IMG/VR virus record: IMGVR_UViG_3300025703_000001
Span: 1 to 64,000 of that record
DNA from: a virus
Strand: one strand, 5' to 3'
Length of the DNA stretch: 64,000 bases
The translations under genes and the position numbers were made by a program. How positions within the stretch are numbered: position 1 is the first letter of the stretch; each line of letters starts with the position of its first letter. Under the pieces are notes generated by a model. That model did no database searches and had not been told where the DNA came from. It worked only from the letters and a program-made list of their open reading frames with translations. Shown here piece after piece: positions 9,601 through 18,464 of the stretch.

Positions 9601-10376
9601 GCGGTCAAACGCCAGCTACCCCACCGCCGACCCCCGCGCAGCAGGACCGAGCGAAGGACTCCACACTTCAAAAACAGATAGCCGTCATGAATCTCCTTAA
9701 CGGAAACGTGGCAGCGGCCAAGGCTCAAGATGGCGTTAACTCCGCCCAATACAAGGCTGCGGTCAACGCAGTCAACACTACCTCAGAGAAGTATCTTCCC
9801 TCGCTTGGAAAGGACACAAGTCTTGCCGGTGTCAAGCTACAGATGTTCGCCGTCTCTGAGGTGATTGGACAACTGAAGACATCCGCCCACAGCGATCAGG
9901 TCTACGGCAACTCCCAGCTAGAGGGCGCCCAAAAGGCTGTGACCAAGCTGGAGGGCGAGGCAATGACGGAGAAGACGGGGGGAGCGTCAAAGGCCGCCAT
10001 CGACCTCACCAATCAGCAACTGGTTGAGGCTAAGGGTCACCTGGCCGATATCAAGTCAGTCGTTGCGGATGGCACTAACGCCCAGCATCAGATTAAGTCA
10101 GATACGGCGCACCTAGCCACGCTGGAAGGTCTTGCCGGTACGATGTCAAAGGTCAACTCTGACACCAGCGCGCTACACGGAGACCTCACTGGCGTCAAGA
10201 GCGATACGTCGGATATCCACACGGCCCTCACTGGTGGCGTCCACACCGACCTGACGAGTCTGCACACCGACCTAACGGGCGTCCACTCGGACTTGACTGG
10301 TAACGGCATCTCAATTTCCAAGCTCCCGTCGCAGACGACAAAGGCGACTGGGGTTCTTTCGCTGGTCCTCTCATAA
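6681..10376 (+). CDS. Tape measure protein
   Basis: 1231 aa Ala/Gly-rich helical protein after the chaperones; N-terminal VATLVADIAQF motif, TP901-like core, hydrophobic segments. Confidence 0.92.
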   Translation: MGALEPVVATLVADIAQFKASMAEAKASMEELGASADTADAEGKLGAIGAAGSQAGKDVKLGAEDAVAGLGGVSTAAKDAEGAARSTESATKDLGTAAENTGGKLSGGLSGGLSKLGGILSNTGIPGVTSLGEGLARTSEEADKMGSSAGSLFTSFAGVGKIATLGLGVAFAGAAVEGLHLADNMQQATTAIANSAGISTTAANNIGKAFLSTAGQSEFSGVQMAQAFSQVAGQLKSTQGSALTAAQSLQVMNAAGDLATAKQTSLASATTTVAAAMQAFQLKAKDASDVSDILFNASNATGQSVSSLGAALDKVKTKLGGMAPPIGQLAGLLVDMTNHGETGRAAMASLTTTFTTFLKPAAAVATAQNNLKAATDQLPPSLKALAVQVQNGTLSSQAATKAAQGMGTAQAALFTQFVSANTAVTTAGDAAAKLGISVTTASGQMKPMSAIIGELHAKIAGMTTAQATAELTALGFGNASAKLVTTIQAGSAAYDKATAAATKMGAAHAAAAKQAATFKTEMETLKATAEDLLTQFGQELLPVLTTVAGAFEHATSFIVKSKAALIALGVLVGGPLAVVIGAFIIQSIQKLISFVTDAGSTVAQFGSKLRDLTQPATQAGETVTKTGDAVGTSVEEMATNADTAAGTFAGAMSTMGEAADALQGTVAAAMTAIEADIAAASANLSATVTEVTTGTSGASGALGGAGVTGAAGAAGASGAAGTVSSAGTSSIFEPAVVALQGAATSLEAAAASLKEAAGTTETAAGDTSAAAADTTTVAADMATTDANDASLGAADSADAKSAAGALDTAAGTLDSAGEKLSLSGGAGVAGGAAGAEGAAAGGAAVAGGAAEEAAVGGGIASGFLTAAKGAAGPAIGGLIAVQLYNAFLEKPLGKKIGTDAASALGDAGTGAAIGASFGSVIPGLGTLFGAAVGAAIGAAYASRNNAGHPAPEGTRQVGGTTGPGIKYGEGRGGGGQTPATPPPTPAQQDRAKDSTLQKQIAVMNLLNGNVAAAKAQDGVNSAQYKAAVNAVNTTSEKYLPSLGKDTSLAGVKLQMFAVSEVIGQLKTSAHSDQVYGNSQLEGAQKAVTKLEGEAMTEKTGGASKAAIDLTNQQLVEAKGHLADIKSVVADGTNAQHQIKSDTAHLATLEGLAGTMSKVNSDTSALHGDLTGVKSDTSDIHTALTGGVHTDLTSLHTDLTGVHSDLTGNGISISKLPSQTTKATGVLSLVLS

Positions 10377-10385
10377 GGAACCCTC

Positions 10386-10640
10386 ATGGCTAACGACACC
10401 ACCATTGACTTCTCTGGCGTACAGATCGGCATCAACAAGAACGCTCTTGTTAACGCTCTGCTGCCTCAGATTGTCCAGAATCTTGCCAGTAACCCGACCC
10501 TGCTCGCTCAACTCACCGCTGCGGTGACTACGAAAGTGCTGCAAAATGCGCGATCAACGGGGACGGCACTCGGGCAATATGCTGGTGGTACGCAATCTCA
10601 GACTGCGACGGGCGTCAATACGAACGCGGTCCCTCGATGA
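10386..10640 (+). CDS. Hypothetical tail-region protein
   Basis: AAGGAA RBS; 84 aa ORF directly after tape measure. Confidence 0.65.
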   Translation: MANDTTIDFSGVQIGINKNALVNALLPQIVQNLASNPTLLAQLTAAVTTKVLQNARSTGTALGQYAGGTQSQTATGVNTNAVPR

Positions 10641-10695
10641 TCGCGTGGAGGAAATCGGCACTATTCCTTCCGCATAACTGCGCAGGTACGCGGAT

Positions 10696-11787
10696 ATGGC
10701 GATAGCACACGCCCAAGACCTCAGCAAAGGTCCCGCAGCAGGGACGTCCCTCACTGTCCACCTCGCGTCCAACACCACAGCCACCAACACGCTTGTCGGC
10801 GCCTTCTGCCTTCCCGCCAACGCTAGCGTCGTGTCCGTTACGGACTCCACGAACAACCGATGGATACAGGTTGGCTATTCCACGTCGAGTGGGGGATGCG
10901 CCGAAATCTGGCAAGCACGTGGTATCCAAGGCGGTTCGGCGTCAGTCTTCGCCACTTTCTCCACCACTGGCGCCGCTGTCAACGTTTCGGAGTGGTCCGG
11001 GATCGCATATCAATCCCCGCTCGATCAGTGGTCCCAGAACACGGCGACCAGTGCGTCGGTAACAGCCCAAACGCTCACGCCACGCACAACGGGTGAGCTG
11101 ATTGTGGTCGCAGGTTCAAGCTCAGACATAACTGGCGGTCCGCCAAGTGGGTGGACAGCATTCTCGGGACCTGGCGGCGTGGGGTCCGCTGCGGCATACC
11201 GGATATTGAGTGGATCAGTGGCTCCCTTAATGTACTGGCCCGCGACCGCGAATCCGTGGGCGTGTGTCGCCACGTCGTTCCTGCCAGCTAACAGCACGAC
11301 GGTCGGCGCCACAACTGGCCCTACTGGCGTAAACCCCCAGCTTCAGTTTCCGGAAACACTCGTGCAAATCTGCGAGGCGCAGAACTACCTTGCGCCGTTT
11401 CAGGGCATCGGCATATGGACTGACGTGAGCAGTTACGTCGAGAGTTTCACGATTGGACCCATGGGCCGACAGCACGAACTCGATCGAGTGCAGGCGACAA
11501 GCGGTTCGTTCGTTATGAACGGTCGCGATGGCACCTTCAACCCGTGGAACACCGGCAGCTTCCTGTACCCCGGTGGTCTTGACCCCATGACTCCCATCCG
11601 CTGTGTGGCCTCGTGGGATGGGGTGACGTCGAACGTCGGCTATCTATACGCCCAGAGTTTTGACCCGAATATCATTGACTCCCAGAATGTCACCGTGACG
11701 ATTTCGGCGTACGACATACTGCAGGAACTTTCGCTCAGCTACCTGGCCTCAAATTCGTATGCCCAGGCGGTGCTCGCGGGGAACTAG
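10696..11787 (+). CDS. Minor tail protein, N-terminal part
   Basis: WTDVSSYV...GRQHELDRVQA...RDGTFNP motif of actinophage minor tail proteins; stops at SYAQAVLAGN. Confidence 0.75.
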   Translation: MAIAHAQDLSKGPAAGTSLTVHLASNTTATNTLVGAFCLPANASVVSVTDSTNNRWIQVGYSTSSGGCAEIWQARGIQGGSASVFATFSTTGAAVNVSEWSGIAYQSPLDQWSQNTATSASVTAQTLTPRTTGELIVVAGSSSDITGGPPSGWTAFSGPGGVGSAAAYRILSGSVAPLMYWPATANPWACVATSFLPANSTTVGATTGPTGVNPQLQFPETLVQICEAQNYLAPFQGIGIWTDVSSYVESFTIGPMGRQHELDRVQATSGSFVMNGRDGTFNPWNTGSFLYPGGLDPMTPIRCVASWDGVTSNVGYLYAQSFDPNIIDSQNVTVTISAYDILQELSLSYLASNSYAQAVLAGN

Positions 11788-11972
11788 AACCTTACGTTCG
11801 GCGCCCACTCAAACAGCAACTGAGCGTGGGACTGAATCGCGTACAGAAACGCCTGGATCGCGGAGCCGCCGTACGCCACGTTCCACCCACCACCGGCCCG
11901 TATGTCCACAGCCTGCGTGGTGGTGTGCTGCAAGTTGTAGAGCAGCTGCATGAATGTCTGAAAAGCGTTCAT
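11784..11972 (-). CDS. 62 aa antisense mini-gene (moron) between two halves of a tail gene
   Basis: Own TTGACA-16-TACTAT promoter and AAGGAG RBS 7 nt before ATG. Confidence 0.75.
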   Translation of the reverse strand: MNAFQTFMQLLYNLQHTTTQAVDIRAGGGWNVAYGGSAIQAFLYAIQSHAQLLFEWAPNVRF

Positions 11973-12001
11973 CTCGTTACTCCTTAGTAGATCCTACCTA
12001 C

Positions 12002-12029
12002 ATAGTACGCCCATCCATCCAAATGTCAA
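12002..12029 (-). promoter_or_regulatory. Sigma-70-type promoter TTGACA-N16-TACTAT
   Basis: Near-consensus hexamers upstream of the 62 aa minus-strand gene. Confidence 0.75.
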
Positions 12030-12047
12030 GAGGGGTTTGCACAACAA

Positions 12048-14165
12048 ATGGCCAACCTCAATGTTGCAGCATACTATCGCCTTGGAGACCTCGCCGGATC
12101 GTTCCAAGTTTTGGACTCTAGCGGGAACGGACGTACTGGCTCACTCATTGCTGGTATCGCTGGCACCCCTGCGTATGGTGCCGCAGCAGCATTCCTCAGT
12201 GACCCCAATACGTCGCTTGATGTGACCAACGGGACGAACGCCTTGAATGGTGGATTCAGCACTATAGACAACTCCACACAACCGCCCACCGTTCACAACC
12301 CCCTGGGCGGCGCTAGTGTTTGGACGTACGAGGCGTGGATTAAGAATACCAGTACGACCGCAGGGGCAGTAATCGGATCAACCGTTGGATTCACTGGAAC
12401 CATTGGGTCATCTCAACTAAACATCATCGTGGTTTCTTCTCTGGCTGGACTCGCCATAGGAGACCTTGTTACTGGCACCAACATTTTGAGCGCTACGTAC
12501 ATCACCGGTATGGGCACAATCGGCGGTGGGATTTCCGAGAGTTACATAACTCTCTCCCAGAACGCCAGCGGTTCCACTGGGGGCGGTACATTCACCGCTA
12601 TTCCCGGTGGCGTGGGGTCAACCATCTTCGCCGCCGCGTCTACGTCCACCGTGGGCGAAGTAGACATTCGGATCGGGACATTCAACGCTGGCGGCAGCGT
12701 CGGGACCGTGTTCAACTCCGTCCTCGTTGGACCCGTTGGCATCGGCAACCAGTTTAACCCCGTTGGATTTTCCTCTAATCAGCAGACGCTGAACGGCGCG
12801 TGGCATCAAGTCGCCGTTTCATACTCCGCGAGCGTTGCGTCTATTTACATTGACGGAACCCTAGATTCCACGTGGGCAACTGGAGGTAGTTGGTCAAATC
12901 CAACGTCAGTAACCATCGGCTGCAATGCGGGCGCACTCAATGGGTGGACGGGCCTTATGCAGGACGTGGCTCTATACAAGACCGCGCTGTCGGCATCACA
13001 GATCGCCAATCATTTTCAAACTGGGATGTGGTTTCAGCAGCAGGAGTATGGCGCGTCAGTCGGCGGAACGAACGCCGGTCGCCTGAACAAACTCATGGCC
13101 GTCGAAGGTCTCAACTCATCCCAAATGCTGAACGTGCCGTATCCGTTCCGTACGCTGATGTACTCCGAGACGAACAACGTCACCACCACGAGCGGACTTA
13201 ACTACCTGCAAACAATGTCCGAGACCGAGCCGGGACTAATTTTCCAGGGGCCAGACGGTGTCATCCAAGCGTTATCACGCCAGTACCAGTATCTCGCGCC
13301 CGCCGCTAGCGTTAGTCAGGGCATCTTCGGTGACTCCAACGCAGCCTCGGTTCTGTACCACTACGACGGCCCCAGCTTTGCCCTCGTCCAAGATGACCTC
13401 GACGTTTGGAACAACGTACAAGTGGCCTCGGGTCGCTCGGGCGCACAACTACAGCAAGCATCGCCCGCACGGTTCCCACTCGCAGCACAGTCCGCCAGCG
13501 TGTACGGATCGCGCACGCTACAAGGTCTCACGTCATTGCAGTTTGAGAATGACTCAGACGCTCTCGCCGTGGCCGAGAACTACCTCCAATGGTACGCAAC
13601 TCCCGTCAGGCGCGTTACCAGCATCATGATCAACTCATGGGGCAACAACGGTAACAACATACCGCAGATGCTTCAGCGGGGATTGTACGACCGAATTACT
13701 TGTGAGTACCAAGGACAGACTCCGGGGCCTCAGTTCAGTCAGGACAGCCTCTTGGAGTCAATTGCGCACAGTGTCAACATCGCCAATGGCCCCACCTGGG
13801 CGACAACGTGGCAAACCAGCCCGTACGAGATACTGATGACACCATTTATCTTTGGTAGCGCGGCGCAGTCACAGCTCGCGGGAGCTGCAAGCGTGACGGG
13901 CAGCGGCACCGCATGGATACTCCACAACCCAGCGTCAAGCGACTTCCTGTCGGGCACCATCACGTTCACCGTGGCTTCGGGGGCTGTCACCACAGTCGCT
14001 TATAACTCCACTGCCGCGCAATGCCAAACGGCACTTGCTGCGTTGGTACCGAGCACCACTGTCAGCGGTGGACCTTTGAACACAACGAACATCTCAATCA
14101 CGTTCGGTAGTTCACAGGGTTCATTCTCGGCATTCTTCGCGCCCACCGCACAACTCACGCTTTAG
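12048..14165 (+). CDS. Minor tail protein, C-terminal part with LamG/concanavalin A-like domain
   Basis: AAYYRLGD, WTYEAWIK, WHQVAVSY, IYIDG, DVALYKTALSASQIANH; followed by tail hub-like region (WNNVQV, SASVYGSRTL). Confidence 0.8.
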   Translation: MANLNVAAYYRLGDLAGSFQVLDSSGNGRTGSLIAGIAGTPAYGAAAAFLSDPNTSLDVTNGTNALNGGFSTIDNSTQPPTVHNPLGGASVWTYEAWIKNTSTTAGAVIGSTVGFTGTIGSSQLNIIVVSSLAGLAIGDLVTGTNILSATYITGMGTIGGGISESYITLSQNASGSTGGGTFTAIPGGVGSTIFAAASTSTVGEVDIRIGTFNAGGSVGTVFNSVLVGPVGIGNQFNPVGFSSNQQTLNGAWHQVAVSYSASVASIYIDGTLDSTWATGGSWSNPTSVTIGCNAGALNGWTGLMQDVALYKTALSASQIANHFQTGMWFQQQEYGASVGGTNAGRLNKLMAVEGLNSSQMLNVPYPFRTLMYSETNNVTTTSGLNYLQTMSETEPGLIFQGPDGVIQALSRQYQYLAPAASVSQGIFGDSNAASVLYHYDGPSFALVQDDLDVWNNVQVASGRSGAQLQQASPARFPLAAQSASVYGSRTLQGLTSLQFENDSDALAVAENYLQWYATPVRRVTSIMINSWGNNGNNIPQMLQRGLYDRITCEYQGQTPGPQFSQDSLLESIAHSVNIANGPTWATTWQTSPYEILMTPFIFGSAAQSQLAGAASVTGSGTAWILHNPASSDFLSGTITFTVASGAVTTVAYNSTAAQCQTALAALVPSTTVSGGPLNTTNISITFGSSQGSFSAFFAPTAQLTL

Positions 14166-14217
14166 GAGCACACATGCATGGTAGAAATGTTACCTATTCA
14201 GACAAGGCTGTGATCTG

Positions 14218-14730
14218 ATGGCATCTTGGTCCCCCCCGACAATTCACGCCACAGGTGACGACTTCAGCATTACTGACAACAACACGTTGGCCAATAACGA
14301 AACTTTTCTCTACCAGCGTCCCGTATGTAACTACTTCAACTCCGTCGCCACGTCTCTCCCCGACTCCACCATCACTTCCGTCACGCTAGGTGGAACTACC
14401 TACACCGCTTACGGGTTTTCCGTTACTGGTGGCACTACCATTGTGTTTCCATTGGCAGGTAACTACTGGGTGACTGGACAAGTTTTTATCAACATCTCCA
14501 GCGGGTACTGCCAAATGGGCCTGTATCAAAATGGTTCCCAAGTGATGGAGTCAACCGTGGCCGGACCCTCTGCTGCCGTTGTCACATGCAACGTCTCTGG
14601 GGCACTAAATTTCCCCACAGCGAGCGGCACCCTGAGCATGCTTGTCACCCAGACATCCGGTTCCACCGTCCCCACAGCCAACAGCGCCGTTCTCACCTAC
14701 GTCAGCGCGGCCTACATTGGGTCGAGCTAA
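14218..14730 (+). CDS. Tail fibre/receptor-binding protein, C1q/TNF-like jelly roll
   Basis: N-terminal MASWSPP anchor; FPLAGNYWVTGQV, LYQNG and terminal YVSAAYIG pattern. Confidence 0.6.
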   Translation: MASWSPPTIHATGDDFSITDNNTLANNETFLYQRPVCNYFNSVATSLPDSTITSVTLGGTTYTAYGFSVTGGTTIVFPLAGNYWVTGQVFINISSGYCQMGLYQNGSQVMESTVAGPSAAVVTCNVSGALNFPTASGTLSMLVTQTSGSTVPTANSAVLTYVSAAYIGSS

Positions 14731-15800
14731 GGCACAGCGTAAGTGATGGCCGATGCTGTTGACCCAGACCAATCCGCCGTACCAGAATAAGTCGCCGTCT
14801 CCGTCAAAACATCTCCGCTTGGCGGCGTGACTGCAAGTACAAACGTCCCGTTCAATCCACACCCGCTGGATTCACCGACCCTTGGATAGTTACCGATCAC
14901 GCCACACGTCCACGCACTAGGATCATTAGCAAGTCCAGATCCACCTGGCGCACCACTCACCACGTACGACCAACCCTGCGTCACGTCGGCAATGGTCATG
15001 CTCACAGAACCCGTCGTCACCGCATTCCCGCTCGCAGCCGTCACGTTGGCGAAGAACACAAGCCCGCCCAAGCTCCCGCCACCGCTGATTCCGGCGACAG
15101 TGGTGGTGCTGAACGGTTGCACATCGTCGGCCAATATGACGCTCACGTACGTATTGCCACCAGTCACATAATTCGCCACCACCGTATGCCCTCCGAAGCT
15201 GGCGTAGGTGGTCGAGCACGTACCACTCGTAACGGTCCCGCCAACTGGCAGCGAGCAAACCTGGCCAACCTCGCTGAAGATTTCAAGCTGGCCCGCTGGC
15301 AGTACGGCTGTTGGGACGAACTGTCCGTTCTCCATGATACTCGCGGTTGCCGTGGCGCCGTAGGTGACTTTCAGCGGATTCGTCTGCGATTGCACAAAGG
15401 TCGGATTGACCTCGGCACCGTAATAAACGGTCGCACCGGGCGGCACTGTGGTGGGAGATCCTACCGAGGTCGGGGCTGTCGTGGTAGGTATACCTACGGT
15501 TCCGGGCGTCGTCTGCTTAGGTATACCTGTAGTTGGCGTGTCGGAATACGATAGCTTTCCACCACTGACCTGCGATTTTGTACCACTCGGCACACCTTTG
15601 CCCACCGTTGTGGATGTCGTGGTGGCAGGAATGGTCGTAGTCGGCAACTGCGCCGATTCTGGGGCATTCTGGGGGCCTCTGGTGGGCGTCTGAGACGTGC
15701 CGCTAGGCCACGCAATCCAGGCGATTAGGCCCACTGCGGCGGCTGCTCCGATAATGCGGATCGTGCGCCGCTGACGACGGTTGGCGTGTTGCCCTAGCAT
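14727..15800 (-). CDS. Membrane-anchored surface protein with Thr/Pro linker and Ig-like domains
   Basis: GGAGG RBS; RRQRR followed by a hydrophobic helix; T/P-rich stalk; GGHTVVANY and TATYSG..WSGS motifs of bacterial Ig-like (Big_3) repeats. Confidence 0.7.
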   Translation of the reverse strand: MLGQHANRRQRRTIRIIGAAAAVGLIAWIAWPSGTSQTPTRGPQNAPESAQLPTTTIPATTTSTTVGKGVPSGTKSQVSGGKLSYSDTPTTGIPKQTTPGTVGIPTTTAPTSVGSPTTVPPGATVYYGAEVNPTFVQSQTNPLKVTYGATATASIMENGQFVPTAVLPAGQLEIFSEVGQVCSLPVGGTVTSGTCSTTYASFGGHTVVANYVTGGNTYVSVILADDVQPFSTTTVAGISGGGSLGGLVFFANVTAASGNAVTTGSVSMTIADVTQGWSYVVSGAPGGSGLANDPSAWTCGVIGNYPRVGESSGCGLNGTFVLAVTPPSGDVLTETATYSGTADWSGSTASAITYAVP

Positions 15801-15900
15801 TTATCCTCCGTGATGTCAATACCCAGGTTGCGCGGACATACTACACGGTTGTAGTCTGTGCCAGTCGGCGCCGTACCCCTCTAAACGACAGGAGCATTCC

Positions 15901-16671
15901 TTGGCTACAGAAGGGGCAAAAATTCTCGTCTGGGACGTGGAAACGTCACCCAATCTGGGCTATACGTGGGCGAAATGGGAGCAAAACGTAATCCGCTTTA
16001 AAGAGCAGTGGTCGCTTCTTAGCGTGGCGTGGAAATGGTATGGCGAAAGCAAGACCCACGTTCTCGCACTCAACGACTTTGCAGACTACAAGCCCGGCAG
16101 TCTTGACGATCTGCGATTGACCAAGGAACTCCACAAGCTACTGGACTCCGCCGATATCACTATCGCCCATAATGGCGACCGATTCGATATGCGCAAAGCC
16201 CAGGCCAGATTTGTGGTGCATGGCCTAACACCTCCTAGTCCATCGAAACAGATCGACACGCTAAAGGTAGCGCGCCGAGCGTTTATGTTCAATTCCAATA
16301 CGCTGGACGACCTCGGAGAGATCCTGGGCGTTGGCCGCAAGGTCTCGACTGGCGGCTTCGATCTTTGGATGTCTTGTATGGCTGGCGACGAGGCCGCATG
16401 GAATCGCATGAAGAAGTACAACAAGCAGGACGTGCGATTACTAGAGGATGTCTACACTCGGTTGCGGCCGTGGATCACGGGGCATCCTCACGTCGGATTC
16501 TTCGTGGGCGACCTGGAATGTTGCCCCAAGTGCGGCTCATCCAGCTTAACCAAACAGGGATTTAAGTACAACCGCACAACCAAAATGCAGCAGTACAAAT
16601 GTAACGGTTGCGGCGGGTGGTGCTCTAGTAGAATCTCGGAGAAGTCCGAGACACCAGCACTGGTTAACTGA
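15901..16671 (+). CDS. RNase H-like/DnaQ-family 3'-5' exonuclease with C-terminal zinc ribbon
   Basis: AGGAG RBS, TTG start; WDVETSP, AHNGDRFD, YNKQDV acidic motifs; CPKC...CNGC. Confidence 0.85.
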   Translation: MATEGAKILVWDVETSPNLGYTWAKWEQNVIRFKEQWSLLSVAWKWYGESKTHVLALNDFADYKPGSLDDLRLTKELHKLLDSADITIAHNGDRFDMRKAQARFVVHGLTPPSPSKQIDTLKVARRAFMFNSNTLDDLGEILGVGRKVSTGGFDLWMSCMAGDEAAWNRMKKYNKQDVRLLEDVYTRLRPWITGHPHVGFFVGDLECCPKCGSSSLTKQGFKYNRTTKMQQYKCNGCGGWCSSRISEKSETPALVN

Positions 16672-17066
16672 TGGCCAAGGGCATCCGCGATCAAGACAAG
16701 ATTGAGCAACGCGTCAACGATCTCACAGATCGTCTCGCACGCGACTTCGACCTGGGATGGATGACGTTCAAGAACTCATTTGACTCGGCTATCGATGGCG
16801 ATCGGATCGTATGCCAGACTTTTTGCGACTGGGAATACCGCCAGGCCACTTTCAAGTGGAACACGCACCAACTGTCATCCATGCAAGACGATGAGCTAGA
16901 ACTCACGGCCATTCACGAAATGGTCCATTGTCTCAACGCTGTCCTTTGGGAATCGCTACCACCCAAACGACAAAACAACATGACCAAGCTCAACGAACTG
17001 TCCGTCGAGAACATCACCCGCGTAATCGCCCACCTCTATCGCAAGGACGGAAATGCCCGATCTTAA
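16671..17066 (+). CDS. HExxH zinc metallopeptidase-like protein
   Basis: AIHEMVHC motif with downstream Glu; start overlaps the upstream stop. Confidence 0.65.
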   Translation: MAKGIRDQDKIEQRVNDLTDRLARDFDLGWMTFKNSFDSAIDGDRIVCQTFCDWEYRQATFKWNTHQLSSMQDDELELTAIHEMVHCLNAVLWESLPPKRQNNMTKLNELSVENITRVIAHLYRKDGNARS

Positions 17067-17766
17067 ACTAGGTAAACTGGACGCGGTACGCTCACTCCGG
17101 CTGAGCGACCTCGCCGCCTACACAACGCACAAGCTCCCAGCACCACCGGCAAGTGTCGACGCTCCCACCAATGTTCAGTGGGGCATGGACTCCAATGACA
17201 GTCTGGGCGATTGCACGATTGCGGCAGTGGATCACCTGATCGCCGCATGGAACGCCGACCTTGACGAGCAAGATCCACGTCCCGCCGATGGGGAGATTCA
17301 AGCAACATACTTCTCTCTGACCGGCGGACAGGATACCGGACTCAACGAGCAGCAAGTCCTCCAGACCTGGCAGTCGACGGGACTGTTCGGCAACAAGATC
17401 GCAGCGTTCGCTCCGTTCAGCACGAGCAACATCGTGGAGATGCACCAGGCGGTTGCGTTCTATCGTGGCGCCTATCTCGGCATCCAGTGCCCGCAGTCGG
17501 CGCAGCAACAGTTCTCAGAAGGCAAGCCGTGGACCTACGTGCCCGGTTCGCCCGTTGAAGGTGGCCACGCCATCTGTGCCGTGGGCTACACGCCCACCAC
17601 TCTTCTCTGCGTCTCGTGGGGCGCTCTGGTGGAAGTGACCTACACCTTCTTGGCGCATTTCCTTGACGAAGCGTGGGTTGCCGTCAGCCACGAACTCGTG
17701 GAGCATGGCAACGACGGATACGGACTCGACACATCTGCATTACTGGCAGACATCGCCAGCATCTAA
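17053..17766 (+). CDS. Papain-like (C1-type) cysteine peptidase, candidate lysin
   Basis: NDSLGDCTIAA (Cys), GGHAICAVGY (His), CVSWG; directly upstream of holin. Confidence 0.75.
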   Translation: MPDLKLGKLDAVRSLRLSDLAAYTTHKLPAPPASVDAPTNVQWGMDSNDSLGDCTIAAVDHLIAAWNADLDEQDPRPADGEIQATYFSLTGGQDTGLNEQQVLQTWQSTGLFGNKIAAFAPFSTSNIVEMHQAVAFYRGAYLGIQCPQSAQQQFSEGKPWTYVPGSPVEGGHAICAVGYTPTTLLCVSWGALVEVTYTFLAHFLDEAWVAVSHELVEHGNDGYGLDTSALLADIASI

Positions 17767-17781
17767 CAAAAAGGAGAAAGC

Positions 17782-18060
17782 ATGGCAAAGGTTTCTACAT
17801 CGACGGTGGTGGCAGCTACAACGCTGACGCCTCTCGCAAGAGTGATCCGCACGATCCTGCAGACCGTCCTAGCGTTCGGCGCGTCGTTCCCGACCTTGAT
17901 CGTTCTCGTCCATCTCACCGCGGCCCAAACGGCCGAGTATTCCAGCATCGTTGCCGGTCTCGTCCTGGTGGCATCGACGGTCCAGAACCTGCTGGAACAC
18001 TTCAATGTGTTGCCGGTGACTGGAGCGAAGGCTGCGAGTAACGTACCTGTATTGAAGTAA
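17782..18060 (+). CDS. Holin
   Basis: AAGGAG RBS; RVIRTILQ motif and two hydrophobic helices; last gene of the late arm. Confidence 0.75.
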   Translation: MAKVSTSTVVAATTLTPLARVIRTILQTVLAFGASFPTLIVLVHLTAAQTAEYSSIVAGLVLVASTVQNLLEHFNVLPVTGAKAASNVPVLK

Positions 18061-18090
18061 CCGGATTGCAAAACCCGGTCTAAAAGCATT

Positions 18091-18134
18091 GCAATCCCCC
18101 GCCTCGGTCTACGGACTAGGGCGGGGGATTTTGC
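18091..18134. terminator. Bidirectional intrinsic terminator between convergent arms
   Basis: AATCCCCCGCC-TCGGTC-TACG-GACTAG-GGCGGGGGATT followed by T run. Confidence 0.8.
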
Positions 18135-18251
18135 TATGCCCAAACAGAGGGCCACCGCGGGAGAGCGTTGGCGAGACTAGGCGGGAGTCATCACTCTCAA
18201 CCGCGGTAACCCTGTTGCGCAGTGGTTCATCCAGACCACCACGCAACACGG

Positions 18252-18464
18252 TCACCCGATCCACTCGTCGTTATCCTCCAGTGCGCAAAGAATGGACTCA
18301 GCTAGATCAAGGTAGCGGCACTGCACGTCAGCCCTCAGATCATCAAACAAGGGCACACCAGCGCCCACGAACCGAACATCGCTGTAGTAGCAAACCTTAG
18401 AGATGATTATGGCGTTACGTGCCCGCAGGTCATCATCCGTCGTTACCTCCACGATTCCGTCCAT
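18252..18464 (-). CDS. Hypothetical protein
   Basis: Last ORF of the leftward arm; overlaps upstream gene. Confidence 0.55.
   Translation of the reverse strand: MDGIVEVTTDDDLRARNAIIISKVCYYSDVRFVGAGVPLFDDLRADVQCRYLDLAESILCALEDNDEWIG

Noticed and set aside
8740-10310. Gly/Ala-rich and HTDLT-type repeats in the tape measure gene
   Set aside because: Protein-level low complexity and heptad repeats, not an independent DNA element
11788-12047. Self-splicing intron interrupting the tail gene
   Set aside because: No group I or II core motifs recognised; the gap is explained by an antisense gene with promoter and RBS
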